Assembly (NCBI GenBank): GCA_965222075.1
Contig: OZ244937.1
Location: 1,600,001 to 1,664,000, forward strand
Reading direction: 5' to 3'
Length of the DNA stretch: 64,000 nt
Source of the DNA: Candidatus Latescibacterota bacterium
GTDB lineage: Bacteria > Latescibacterota > UBA2968 > GCA-2709665
The translations under genes were made by a program, and so were the position numbers. The first letter of the stretch is position 1. Every line of letters starts with the position of its first letter. This document shows, piece after piece, positions 39,736 to 50,315 of the stretch. The notes under the pieces were generated by a model. The model was given only the letters and a program-made list of their open reading frames with translations, ran no database searches and had not been told where the DNA came from.

Positions 39736-41691
39736 TTAGATATCCCAGGGCGGTTCAATCCACGGGTGAATGCTGTGCCCCGCTCCTGGAAACAGAAACA
39801 GATCCACCAGAAACGCCCCGGCTATCCCCAGCACGTGCCCCACCAGCACCCCCAGGAAAAACGGCCGTGCCCGTTGATACAGCGTGATACCGCCCACCCG
39901 CAGGATCAGCGACTTGCAGGCCCACCCCAGAAAGATGGTCAGCGAAAAATTCCTGACCAGATCGGTCCCCAGAATCGTGAACCCCACCGGATGGAGCGGC
40001 CACCACGTGAACCGGTAGCGCAGGAAAACCAGGATGCCCATCACCACCGCCCCGATCCCGAAAAACATGATCCGGTTCCAGTCGGTATCAAACGGGTTTT
40101 TGATCTTGCTGACCGTATCCCGCAAAACAAGATCGCCCAGGCCGTAGAACGAACGCCCGAAGTTCTCCGCCCCTTGCGTATAACCCAGGTAGAGCGTCCA
40201 GATGTTCATAAGGCACGTCGTTGCCAGGAACGACAGACACACGGCCGCAAAGAGCCGCCTCCCCTGCTCCCGGACCGGCTCTGAAGCCCTGGCGATGTGC
40301 GCCGTCTGCGACAGCGAATTCTGGTGGATCGGATAGGAAAACACCAGGGAGACCAGGCTCGAAGGCGATACTGTTTTGACCCCCACGAGATACACAGAGA
40401 AGCTCTGAGCCGTTATCGGCCCCTGCACATACAGCAGCCCCGACTCGGCGATGATGCGGGCCACGCCGATATAGAGAATCAAGAGTACCGCCACAAGCGG
40501 CATAGCCATCTTATAGTCCATCCCCGCCTCGTGAAGCCATACAATGGTGAACACCGTCCCAAATACAATCCCCACAACCGCCGTCCGATAAGACAGCAGC
40601 TCGCGCGAATCGTCCACCGGATGCTCCGACCGCCACGCCTTCAACAGCACATCCTTCAGATGCCCCCTGGCCATCCACAGCCCGAACAGCACGAACACGC
40701 AAAACGCACCCGTCCCCTGCCAACTCGATGCCGCATCATAAGATCCCCACCGATCCCCCCTGCCGCCAATGCTGTAGCCAAGCCGGTTGAACGTTCCGAA
40801 CTCCGCCACAAATACCGCGAAAAAAAACCAGACGCTAAACAGAATATCCAGATTGGCAAAGTAGGAAAATGCGAAGGTGAAGGGATCCACATAGCTGAAC
40901 ATCCGCGGCATATCCCGACCGAAAAACGCGTACACCCGCCCGCGCACGGGCAATTCGGGAAAAACCGGGGAAATCCAGGGCAGTGCATTCCAGAAGATAA
41001 ACACAAACGCAATGCTGGCGCCAAACCAGAAGAGCCTCCCGCGGGCGAACGCCGGCCACCGCCGCTCGGAATCCGACCCCTCGGCCATCTCCAGCACGGG
41101 TTCCAGCACGGGATACCGCAGCCGCTCGTTCTCCGCCCACTGCTTCCGCAGCACCACCGCAATCGAGGTCCCGGCAAAAGCCAGAACCCCGAAAAGCAGC
41201 GTCCACCAGAACATCGGAACCACCCACGCTCTCCACGGGATATCTCCCCCTTCAGGCACCCCTTTGAACAGCAGCGTCACCGCACCGTCAACATCTAAGG
41301 GCGCGATCCAGGAGGGCAGATAAGGGTGCAGCAGCTTTTCCCACTGATTCTCAGGAGTGGCAAAATAGTAAGGGTTGGTAATAAAAGAGAGTAAGGTGTT
41401 GATGGGTGCCCCGCCTATCAGGCCCATCGCAAAGACCGTGATCACCTCCTGGAGGCTTAACCCCCCCGACCGTCGGATCCACTTGAGAATCGGATTGAAC
41501 AGACACAGGACAAATATCATCGCCACGAACAGGGCAGGAGAAAGAAAACCGGACGTGATATAAGAAGATCGGATCACCCGCACCGAATAGATGGCCCAGC
41601 CCTGGACAAATAGAGCCACGACCAGGCCGATGACAATCGACCGCCCCGTCACGCCCCGCAACGGTAATCTTTTCGTATTGACATCTGCCAA
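39736..41691 (-). CDS. DUF6785/DUF6784-like polytopic membrane protein (paralog)
   Basis: Same motifs; long near-identical DNA blocks shared with 32822-34969. Confidence 0.75.
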   Translation of the reverse strand: MADVNTKRLPLRGVTGRSIVIGLVVALFVQGWAIYSVRVIRSSYITSGFLSPALFVAMIFVLCLFNPILKWIRRSGGLSLQEVITVFAMGLIGGAPINTLLSFITNPYYFATPENQWEKLLHPYLPSWIAPLDVDGAVTLLFKGVPEGGDIPWRAWVVPMFWWTLLFGVLAFAGTSIAVVLRKQWAENERLRYPVLEPVLEMAEGSDSERRWPAFARGRLFWFGASIAFVFIFWNALPWISPVFPELPVRGRVYAFFGRDMPRMFSYVDPFTFAFSYFANLDILFSVWFFFAVFVAEFGTFNRLGYSIGGRGDRWGSYDAASSWQGTGAFCVFVLFGLWMARGHLKDVLLKAWRSEHPVDDSRELLSYRTAVVGIVFGTVFTIVWLHEAGMDYKMAMPLVAVLLILYIGVARIIAESGLLYVQGPITAQSFSVYLVGVKTVSPSSLVSLVFSYPIHQNSLSQTAHIARASEPVREQGRRLFAAVCLSFLATTCLMNIWTLYLGYTQGAENFGRSFYGLGDLVLRDTVSKIKNPFDTDWNRIMFFGIGAVVMGILVFLRYRFTWWPLHPVGFTILGTDLVRNFSLTIFLGWACKSLILRVGGITLYQRARPFFLGVLVGHVLGIAGAFLVDLFLFPGAGHSIHPWIEPPWDI

Positions 41692-41782
41692 TTAAATACC
41701 TTACATATTTGATTGTACGCTTTGTACCTTTTCCATTAATGAACGCCCGGGTCAATGTAACCGGCAATGGGGGTCAACGATC

Positions 41783-44080
41783 ATGAATCGCACCCGAAGA
41801 GATACGGCCTTTTTTATTTTCAGTCGCAAAGATTCGCCGATGCTCCTTGTATGGGTCTGCGCCATTTTCCTCGGGGCCGGGCTGTTGTTTATGGTGCAGC
41901 CGATGATCGCGAAGATGATCCTACCCCTGCTCGGCGGCAGTCCCGCGGTGTGGAACACCTGCATCGTTTTCTTTCAAGCGGTGCTACTGTCGGGATATCT
42001 GTATGCTCACCTGCTCACGCGGCTCAAGAGCCGTTGGTGGCAGGTGGGTATACACTCGGTTGTGCTGGTGGCGGCTTTGGCCGCGTTGCCGGTCGGACTG
42101 CCGGCGAATTGGAAACCGCCGGCCGAACAGTCGCCAATCTGGTGGCTGCTCCTGGTATTGGTGTTCAGCGTTGGAGGACCTTTCTTCGTGTTATCGTCGG
42201 CAGGTCCGCTGCTGCAAAACTGGTTTGCAGGCGCCAAACACCGATTGGCGAGTGATCCCTATTTCCTGTATGCCTCAAGCAACGCGGGAAGCATGCTGGC
42301 GCTGCTGGGGTACCCGATAGCTGTCGAGCCGCTGATGGCTTTGCCGGCCCAGCGAGCACTCTGGTCGGTTGGGTATGTGGTGTTCATGGCATTTGTGATG
42401 GTGTGCGGACTCATGGTGGTGCGAAGCGCACCACCATCCTTGGAAGGCACGCCAGAGGGTGCGCCCGAACCCCTACCGCTGCGGACCCGGGCGTGGTGGG
42501 TACTGCTGGCATTTGTGCCGTCGAGCCTTATGCTGGGAGTAACACAACATCTGTCCACCAACATCACTACGTTTCCGCTGCTCTGGGTGATCCCGCTGGC
42601 GCTCTATCTGCTGACGTTTATCGTGGTGTTCTCAAAACGCGGGCGTAGGGCGGTGAAGGCGGCAACGGTCGTATTGCCTGTCGTGGTGGTGGCGGTAGCC
42701 ACGCTATTGGCAATAGAAATGGATAAAGCGGTAGATTTTCGCCAGCAAATTATGGCGCAGATCGTGATGCATTTGCTGGGACTGCTGGTAATCGGCCTCT
42801 TCTGTCACGGGCAGCTTGCGGCCGAGCGTCCGGAAACAGGCCGGTTGACGGAATTTTACCTGCTGATCGCGATCGGCGGGGTGCTGGGTGGCGCGTTCAA
42901 TTCGCTGATGGCGCCGGTACTGTTCGACTGGATCACAGAGTACCCTATCGCAATCGTGCTGGCATGTCTGCTGCGTTGGTGGACGTCAGAGAAGGAGCGG
43001 GTGCCAAGATCGGTTATGTGGCGTGACCGACTGCCGCGTGCGAGCGACGTGCTGCTGCCCATCCTGATCATTGCAATATATGTCGCCTCGCAGAAGATCC
43101 TGAATGACGAATTCGAGATGTTGGGCTGGAATGTATTATCCCGGTTCGGCTTACCGGCAATGGTGTGTCTGCTCTTCGCACCTCGGCGGTTGCGGTTTGC
43201 ATTGGGTGTGGCCGCGCTGATGTTGGCGCCCCGGTTGGGGGTTTTCGCCAACGAACAGCTCTACGTGAAACGAACGTTCTTCGGGGTTCATCAGGTGCTG
43301 CGCGAGCGTGAGGGGAGTGGACACTGGCACCACCTCTGGCACGGCTCGACAAGACACGGAATGCAGTACGACCAGGAGCCGTGGACCTCCAGGCCAACGA
43401 CATACTTCACGACAAGCGGACCGGTCGGCGACGTAATGCGAGTAATGGCATCAGATGGGAGGCCTCGACAGATCGCGTTTATCGGTCTGGGAATCGGGAC
43501 GCTGGCTGCATACGGGCACCCGGAATGGCAGATGACGTACTACGAGATTGACCCGGAAGTGGTGCGCATCGCGAAGGACCAGAGGTTCTTCACGTATTTG
43601 AGCAAGAGCAGATCTCCGATCGACATCGTGCTGGGGGACGCACGGCTGATGATCGCGGCGGCGGACAAGGGCCGGTACGACCTGATTCTTGTGGACGCAT
43701 TCAGTTCCGACGCGATCCCGGTACACCTGATCACTCGTGAGGCCGTAGAATTATACCTTGAGAAGCTGAAGCCGGATGGGATACTGATGTTCCACATCAC
43801 CAACTGGTACCTGGACCTGTCTCCGGTACTGGGTAAGATCGCGTCGGAGTTAAAGCTGGTGGCCGCACAGCGAAAAGACGGCCAGACCATGGAGTGGGAT
43901 CAGATCCGGGTCGGGAAAGATTTCTCGAAATGGGTAGTGCTCGCGCGCAAGCCAGCGGCGCTGGGTGCGATAGCACGGGGTGTGGTAAAAGGGTGGAAGC
44001 AACTGAAAGCGACGCCCGGAATGCCGGTGTGGACAGACGGCTACTCGAACATCCTGGGCGTGTTCAAATACTGGATGTAG
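41783..44080 (+). CDS. Fused membrane/spermidine synthase-like methyltransferase
   Basis: QPMIAKMILPLLGGSPAVW, IGLGIGTLAAY, EIDP, DAFSSDAIPVHL. Confidence 0.9.
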   Translation: MNRTRRDTAFFIFSRKDSPMLLVWVCAIFLGAGLLFMVQPMIAKMILPLLGGSPAVWNTCIVFFQAVLLSGYLYAHLLTRLKSRWWQVGIHSVVLVAALAALPVGLPANWKPPAEQSPIWWLLLVLVFSVGGPFFVLSSAGPLLQNWFAGAKHRLASDPYFLYASSNAGSMLALLGYPIAVEPLMALPAQRALWSVGYVVFMAFVMVCGLMVVRSAPPSLEGTPEGAPEPLPLRTRAWWVLLAFVPSSLMLGVTQHLSTNITTFPLLWVIPLALYLLTFIVVFSKRGRRAVKAATVVLPVVVVAVATLLAIEMDKAVDFRQQIMAQIVMHLLGLLVIGLFCHGQLAAERPETGRLTEFYLLIAIGGVLGGAFNSLMAPVLFDWITEYPIAIVLACLLRWWTSEKERVPRSVMWRDRLPRASDVLLPILIIAIYVASQKILNDEFEMLGWNVLSRFGLPAMVCLLFAPRRLRFALGVAALMLAPRLGVFANEQLYVKRTFFGVHQVLREREGSGHWHHLWHGSTRHGMQYDQEPWTSRPTTYFTTSGPVGDVMRVMASDGRPRQIAFIGLGIGTLAAYGHPEWQMTYYEIDPEVVRIAKDQRFFTYLSKSRSPIDIVLGDARLMIAAADKGRYDLILVDAFSSDAIPVHLITREAVELYLEKLKPDGILMFHITNWYLDLSPVLGKIASELKLVAAQRKDGQTMEWDQIRVGKDFSKWVVLARKPAALGAIARGVVKGWKQLKATPGMPVWTDGYSNILGVFKYWM

Positions 44081-44103
44081 AGTCCATAGCGTTTGAAGGT
44101 GGA

Positions 44104-46599
44104 TCAACCTCCGTAGCGGAAGCGGATCTCACGGTTTGTGGATTTGCCGCTGACCAGATCCTTGATTTTGGCCTCCAGGACCTGCACCCCGGGTTTGGCC
44201 TTGCTCAGGTCAATTTCGAAGTATTCCTGCTCAGTTGGCTCCGATCCGACCTGCGTGTAGGTGACCGATACCTGGGGCTTCTTACGATTGAAAAGGCGGT
44301 CGAACCCGGAGGAAACCCTGCCGACAACACTCCCCGAACGCTCGGCAATGGACCGGATCAGGTACTTCACCTCGTAACGGGTCTGTCCGAAGGTGTTCTT
44401 TTCCAGGTTATAGATCTCGTAGTAGACGTAGATCTTCTGTTTTTCTCCATAGTTTCGGGTGGGCATCGGCACAACCCACAGATCACCCTTCCTGAACTTC
44501 CCCGCCGACCCCGTATCCCCGATGGCCGAAGCGAGCTGGATATCGCTGGTCTGAAGCGTCTCGACGCCGTAGTCCGGGACCTCCAAAGCCTGCTTATAAC
44601 GTCCGGTGTGCCCGGACTTCAGATCCTTGAGCTGGACCTGGAGTTCGTATTTCCCGGGAGGCACCTGGACCTTGAGCAGTTCGGGCAGGAATGCGCCCTT
44701 CGCCTTATTAAAGTCATTGCTGCCCTCATAGGTAAATGTTTCGATGTTCCGGTAGAGCGTCGTATGGCCCTCGTCGGCTAAGGCCAGGGCGCACTGCACC
44801 CGGATTTGGGCGGAGTCGGCCTGCTGCGCCATCTGAACCTGTTGGGGTGGAATGCCGTAGTAGACTTCAACGGTAGTCTGCCCGTTGGAACCGCGGAATT
44901 TGGCCAGGTCGTAATAGAAGTCGAGCACCGGGCCCAGGATGCCCGGGCGGTAGTAGTCGGGTGTTTCGGCGGCGGTATTCTGGTAAATCATCACAGGTGC
45001 ATATTGTGTTACGCGCGATGCCAAAGCTTGCTGGGACAGGGGTGTGATCGGAGGGATCGGGGCAAAATCGAACTGTCCATTGCTCCTCTCGTCGGTGAAG
45101 ACGAACTCGACGCCCCCCTGGAGTTGCGTGTAGGTCCAGGTTTCCCAGGGCACCGTGGCGGCATCGGTGTGGATCGTAACCGGGAGGTAGCCGTCGAAGT
45201 TCAGCCGGGTCTGCAGGTTGCCGTATTCGTCGAAGCGAGCCCCGTCCTTATCCTCGTACCTTTCTCTGTCGCCTGGATTGATGTCCGGCGTTTCGCCTCC
45301 CCCATCGAATGGATTCTCGGCCAGTTCCGCATTGGGGTTGTCGATGGGGTCACTGGATATATTCTCGCCGCGCAGTGGGTCGTCCAGCGGGTTGTTGCTC
45401 AGGTCACTGAGCTGATCAAGCTTGCGCTGGGTATAGGGGTGGCGGTGCGCCTTGATCGGGTAGACGGGACCGGTGAAGGTCAGCAAAGTGGCCTCCGGTC
45501 CATACAGATTTATGGCCATACGGGTGCGCACGGCATCAACTTCGAGGCTTTGTTTGAAGTTTCTCTGGTAAGACCGGGACCGGTAGTTGGGCTCTCCAAA
45601 GCGGATGTAGACCTCCCCGCGCCGATCCCAGGGATGAATCTTATCGGCGAAGAAGGTGAGGGCGTACCAGACCCGGCGGTAGTGCTCGATGATGCGTTCG
45701 TTGATCCGGGTCAGAATATCGGGGTCCCGGCGCACCCAGAACTGCTTTAAGTAGGCATGCTGATCGGCTTCGTCAGAGAGGGCCTCATAATCCTGAAGTT
45801 CCACCTTGGAAGCCACGAATGAGATATCGGTATAAAGTTGATGCTCCTGCTCCTCTATGTTCTGCAGATAGCGCTCGAAGTATTCCAGGGCGTGGTCGTA
45901 GCGCTCCTGGAAGAAGTGGCTCTGGGCCACCAGAGGGAGGAGCCGGGCCTGCCAGGGATGGGTTTGCAGATAGGGCGCGACGTAACTGTCGATCTTGTCG
46001 AACTGTTTGGCCTGTACACACGCGAGCCCGAAGTAGTAGAGTCCGTCCGGATTATCGGGCTCCAACTCGACATATTTCAGGTAGTGTTGAATCGCCTTTT
46101 CGTGGTTTTCCGGAAAGCGCTCATAGATTTCTCCAAGAAGGCGGTAGGTCGGTGCGTAGGTCGAATCGATTTTGAGCGCCCGCTTTGCCTCGCCCCTTGC
46201 ACGCCGGTAATTGTGGAAAGCCACCATCCCCCAGACAGGGGTCTCTGCATAAACCAGCCCGAGACCCACATAGGCGGCAGCGAGGTTCTTATCGAGCTTC
46301 TTGGCCGCCTGGAAAGCCGCTTTGGCTGCCTTAAGATCCTCTTTGCTAAGGTAGACATAACCAAGCCGGGTTCGGAGGTCGGCATCCTCCGGAAATGCCG
46401 CGACGAGGCGGGTGAAAGTCTCAACAGCCTTATTGAGTTCGCCCGCATCTACCTGCCGCTGTCCCAGAACGATCAAAGAATCCCGTTTGGCTTCGGAGAG
46501 GGTCGGCGTCGCCGCTTCCGACGGCCCCTCCTCCATCGGAATCCAGAAAAAGAGCCACAAAAACAGGGCGAAACGCCGGAATAGGGTTGCAGTTTTCAT
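44104..46599 (-). CDS. TPR plus GWxTD-domain protein
   Basis: TPRs; FWVRRDP...NERIIEHYRR..WDRRGEVYIRFGEP; RBS GAGGAG before MKTATLF. Confidence 0.85.
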   Translation of the reverse strand: MKTATLFRRFALFLWLFFWIPMEEGPSEAATPTLSEAKRDSLIVLGQRQVDAGELNKAVETFTRLVAAFPEDADLRTRLGYVYLSKEDLKAAKAAFQAAKKLDKNLAAAYVGLGLVYAETPVWGMVAFHNYRRARGEAKRALKIDSTYAPTYRLLGEIYERFPENHEKAIQHYLKYVELEPDNPDGLYYFGLACVQAKQFDKIDSYVAPYLQTHPWQARLLPLVAQSHFFQERYDHALEYFERYLQNIEEQEHQLYTDISFVASKVELQDYEALSDEADQHAYLKQFWVRRDPDILTRINERIIEHYRRVWYALTFFADKIHPWDRRGEVYIRFGEPNYRSRSYQRNFKQSLEVDAVRTRMAINLYGPEATLLTFTGPVYPIKAHRHPYTQRKLDQLSDLSNNPLDDPLRGENISSDPIDNPNAELAENPFDGGGETPDINPGDRERYEDKDGARFDEYGNLQTRLNFDGYLPVTIHTDAATVPWETWTYTQLQGGVEFVFTDERSNGQFDFAPIPPITPLSQQALASRVTQYAPVMIYQNTAAETPDYYRPGILGPVLDFYYDLAKFRGSNGQTTVEVYYGIPPQQVQMAQQADSAQIRVQCALALADEGHTTLYRNIETFTYEGSNDFNKAKGAFLPELLKVQVPPGKYELQVQLKDLKSGHTGRYKQALEVPDYGVETLQTSDIQLASAIGDTGSAGKFRKGDLWVVPMPTRNYGEKQKIYVYYEIYNLEKNTFGQTRYEVKYLIRSIAERSGSVVGRVSSGFDRLFNRKKPQVSVTYTQVGSEPTEQEYFEIDLSKAKPGVQVLEAKIKDLVSGKSTNREIRFRYGG

Positions 46600-46810
46600 C
46601 GGCTCCTCCTTATACTTGAGCCATATACCTCCAAAAAACAATCGGCGCCCTATTGAGAGATCGCTTGCAAATAAAACGGCGGCCAATGCGCCTCGGCCAA
46701 TCCCGGCTAAAGGACACATCGTACCGCCGCCACGTTTATCCCGCTCCGGAATCGGCCCCGAAAACCTCGGCATACCAATCCCTTGCGTCTTCCGACCGGC
46801 CTGGAAAACG

Positions 46811-47821
46811 TTAGAATGCGCCGCCTACGGAGAGTCGGATTGGCGCGTCGAGAAAAGGCCCGAAGTCGGAGTAGGACAAATCGACCATAACCGATCGGTC
46901 GCCGAAGGCGCCCTTGAAGCCGGCCCCGATGCTCCAGCTCTCCTCGTCGTAATTGACCTTGTATCCACCCCTCACGGCCAAGACGTTCGCCATCCACAAT
47001 TCGGTTCCAAAATTCCACCGCTGTTCAAAATCGACTGAGTAGACGCTCGCAAACGAGACCGTCAGATAAGTCGGATCCCCCTGCTTTCCGTAGACTTCCA
47101 TGGCCGCGCCAACGTCGAAGTTCATCGGCATCAGGAACTTCTGATTTTCTCCCACCACCTTCGTATCCGGCCCAAAGTTCCGCATCGATAGCGCAATACG
47201 AGAACTCCGGAATCCGGTGAAGAAATAGGTGCCGACGTCCAGTACGGTTGCTGTGATCTGGTCCTGGTGCAGCGTCTCACTTACATACGTTGCTTTCAAC
47301 CCCAACCCCAATCTATCCGTTGCCTTCCAGGCATAAGCAACGCCGATGGCGTTTGCCCCGCTCTTGATCTTTTCACCCGTGCCCCCGGGGTTATAAATGG
47401 TTCGCACCTCCATCTCGCCTACGTCGTAATTCAAAAGGCTGATGCCGATCACACCCTTGGTCGTGTTGTAGGCCACCGCCCCGTTGTAAAATGCCGTATC
47501 CACCAGCCACCTGGTGTACGAAAAAGTATACGAGGCCCTTTTGATCAACGCCAGTCCGGCCGGGTTAAAGAAGATCGCGTTGATATCGTTGGCCACAGAC
47601 GAGAAGGCATCCCCCATAGCAGCCGTGCGCGCGCCCTGGGTCACATTCATGAACGAGAATGCCGCGACCCCCAGCTTTCTGAAGTCTTCAGATCTGATGA
47701 TTTGGGGGAAATCTCCGGCATCTGCGGGCGAACTCCAAAGCCCGCCTCCTGCCAGCAGGACCGCCGCTGTCAGACAGAGTATCCACTTCATAATCCGTCG
47801 CTCCTTTTCAAAGAGTGCCAT
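46811..47821 (-). CDS. PorV/PorQ-like outer-membrane beta-barrel
   Basis: GARTAAMGDAF...D.NAIFFNPAGL; terminal Phe. Confidence 0.8.
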   Translation of the reverse strand: MALFEKERRIMKWILCLTAAVLLAGGGLWSSPADAGDFPQIIRSEDFRKLGVAAFSFMNVTQGARTAAMGDAFSSVANDINAIFFNPAGLALIKRASYTFSYTRWLVDTAFYNGAVAYNTTKGVIGISLLNYDVGEMEVRTIYNPGGTGEKIKSGANAIGVAYAWKATDRLGLGLKATYVSETLHQDQITATVLDVGTYFFTGFRSSRIALSMRNFGPDTKVVGENQKFLMPMNFDVGAAMEVYGKQGDPTYLTVSFASVYSVDFEQRWNFGTELWMANVLAVRGGYKVNYDEESWSIGAGFKGAFGDRSVMVDLSYSDFGPFLDAPIRLSVGGAF

Positions 47822-47834
47822 CTATCGCCCCTGT

Positions 47835-50249
47835 CTACCGGATGACCATAAATTTGCCGCTTTTCATCTGCCCCTGACTCTCGGATACCAGAGATTCCAC
47901 CACGAAGAAGTAAACCCCCGAGGGAAGAAAACCCGTGCCCAGCGACCGATTCAGCTGATCCCACTCGGCCTCGCCCAGCCACGTGTCGGGACTGTCCGGA
48001 TTTGCTGTGCGGTCATCGTGTATAATATCCCCGACCAGATCCCCCCGGGTGTTGTAGACCCGGATCCGGGATTTGCTCGGCACATTCACAAATCGGATCT
48101 GAACCTTACCCGGATACTGAAGGTTGGCATCTTGGTTTCGGAAAGGGTTGGGCACCACGAAAGGCTCCCGGCCCAACTGCTCCGTCTCGGCCACGGCCGG
48201 CTGCTTGGGGCTCCTGAAGGGCGGCATTCGCTGTGACTGCGCCCACTGGCCCGCCTCCAGCCCGGCCTTCACCCGGGCCTGCACCTGTTCGGGCAGCGTT
48301 GCCAGTGTACCCACCCGGCCGACCCAGTCATCGTGTCCGTTGGCAAACGTCCGGACCGAATACCAGTAGTTGAACCCGGCCACCGACATATCGTCCGTGA
48401 ATTGGTGTGTCCCCCTCGGCACCTCGCCGATCTTTGTCCACGGCCCGTCCGGGTTCCACTCCGCCCTGTAGATCCGGTAGCCTGCCACATCCTGCTCGCC
48501 GTAATCCGGATTCACCGCATTGTCCGCCGAATTCCAGAAGACCTCGAGCGTGGCCTGGGGGCTGTTTCGAGTCTGGATGTATACGTCCGGCGGGGCGTCC
48601 GGCAGGTCGTACTCGTTATCGTAGGCCCACTTGGCCCGCTTGAAGAACTCCACCAGCCAGGTGTGGCCTTCGGGCAGGGCGCCGTAGTTGTACAGATTTG
48701 ACCGCGTCCAGGTGTAGAGGTCGTCCTCGCCCGCAGGGGAACCGCCCGCCCAGGCCAACACCAGCTTCCCCTTCTGCCCGGGGGCCAGCGTGTAGGGCCC
48801 GTAGGAATGCGTAGCGTAAAACGCCCCCATCACGGCCGGCGTGGGGTCCTCACCCGGGGTCGTCATCAGGTCGAACATGGTCTTCCGGTTATGGGCCCCC
48901 GGCCGGGGATCCTCTGAAACCGTCTCGCTCTCGATCCGCCAGTAGCGCGTCGAGTTGGGCTGTTCACCCTGCGGCTGGACATATTTCCCCAGATCCCGGG
49001 AGTTGAACGACCACTGCCCGCCGTCCTCATAGGCCAGAGGGCCATACCCCAAATGCTGGTACGAAGTAAACTCCCCGTCCTTCCGCCCCGTATCGCACGA
49101 AGGAGAGATAATGGTCAGGTTGACCGGATCCCCCGTATCGTTCCATGGAAACTCCGCACTGTCGCCGTCCCAGTCGATAAACATCTTCAGACCCTTGCCT
49201 GGACCCGAATAGTCCGCAGCCTCCGTATAGACGATCCAGTCGTCTAAGGCCTGCTTGATATAGTGATACCACTGGTCGGACAGATTGTAGTGGGAAAGCC
49301 CGGCGTCCGTAAGCATCCAGTTGTTGAGAATCGAGATATAGACGTCGTTCAGTGTCTCCGCCGGCAGATCGCGTTCCCCATCCCCATTGCTGTCCCCCGT
49401 GTTTTCGAACTCGATCTCCACAATGAAGAAATCGTCCCAGTCGGGATAGCTCCAGTTCAGGTTTCTCCGGGTGAAGGTGACGCCTGCAAGCGTGGTCCAT
49501 TTGCTTACGATGATCTCTTCCGCCCACTCGTCCGAACGGCTCGACGGCGCAGACGGAGGGCCGGGAGTCTGGTACTCCCCGAACCGCCAGTTGTCAATCC
49601 TGCTGGGCCGCCAGTTCAGCGGGTCGTCGGTCTTCATCTCGGAGAGAGTCGCACTCCACGTGGTCGGATGATAGTAAGGAGCGCCTGTCCGCCAGGCCTG
49701 GCCGGCCCCGATCGCAGACGACGGCCTTTCCCTCGGCTCTCCCCCCAGATATTTCAAATCATCGTCCTGCGAGGGATCCGGCAGCATCGGGAAAATCTCG
49801 TCGAGCATGTCCGACCTGGGCCCGGTGAGCACCGCGTAGTACCCGTCCTTGGCATAGGTCTTGCCAATCGGGAAGTTCGCCGGCACCCGGAGCGCCAGGC
49901 CGATCCCTTCACCCTGGGAGCCGCTCTCTAAGCGCGCCTCGCTGTTGCAGTCCACGCGAAAATTGGACAACCGGCTGGCCCAACCTTCCCCCGTGATGAT
50001 GTCGCCGCCCGCAGTCGCGGGGTAAATCTGGCTGATGGACCGGGAAAGTGCGGCGCCTATGGATCCTCCCTGTGTACCCAGATTGGTCACAGACGTCCCC
50101 AGCATCGACCGGGTCAGACTGGACCGGCCGGCCCCGCCCGGGTTGTTCGCCTGAGCCCCCACGTCCAGGCACCAGCTCACTGTCAGCACACAGCCTGCAA
50201 GAACCTTCCAAACACTCAAACGCATCGGATACCCTCCTTTTGATACCAT
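47835..50249 (-). CDS. Secreted surface protein with Fn3-like domain and T9SS/FlgD-like C-terminal domain
   Basis: Signal peptide; VAGYRIYR; VVPNPF..IRFVNVP..IRVYN..G..WD...SGVYFF..K. Confidence 0.7.
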   Translation of the reverse strand: MVSKGGYPMRLSVWKVLAGCVLTVSWCLDVGAQANNPGGAGRSSLTRSMLGTSVTNLGTQGGSIGAALSRSISQIYPATAGGDIITGEGWASRLSNFRVDCNSEARLESGSQGEGIGLALRVPANFPIGKTYAKDGYYAVLTGPRSDMLDEIFPMLPDPSQDDDLKYLGGEPRERPSSAIGAGQAWRTGAPYYHPTTWSATLSEMKTDDPLNWRPSRIDNWRFGEYQTPGPPSAPSSRSDEWAEEIIVSKWTTLAGVTFTRRNLNWSYPDWDDFFIVEIEFENTGDSNGDGERDLPAETLNDVYISILNNWMLTDAGLSHYNLSDQWYHYIKQALDDWIVYTEAADYSGPGKGLKMFIDWDGDSAEFPWNDTGDPVNLTIISPSCDTGRKDGEFTSYQHLGYGPLAYEDGGQWSFNSRDLGKYVQPQGEQPNSTRYWRIESETVSEDPRPGAHNRKTMFDLMTTPGEDPTPAVMGAFYATHSYGPYTLAPGQKGKLVLAWAGGSPAGEDDLYTWTRSNLYNYGALPEGHTWLVEFFKRAKWAYDNEYDLPDAPPDVYIQTRNSPQATLEVFWNSADNAVNPDYGEQDVAGYRIYRAEWNPDGPWTKIGEVPRGTHQFTDDMSVAGFNYWYSVRTFANGHDDWVGRVGTLATLPEQVQARVKAGLEAGQWAQSQRMPPFRSPKQPAVAETEQLGREPFVVPNPFRNQDANLQYPGKVQIRFVNVPSKSRIRVYNTRGDLVGDIIHDDRTANPDSPDTWLGEAEWDQLNRSLGTGFLPSGVYFFVVESLVSESQGQMKSGKFMVIR

Positions 50250-50315
50250 AAAATATAAAGGCAGGATAAGGACAGAAGCTCCTATATCCGGGACCCTGGG
50301 ACCGACGGCCGTTCG

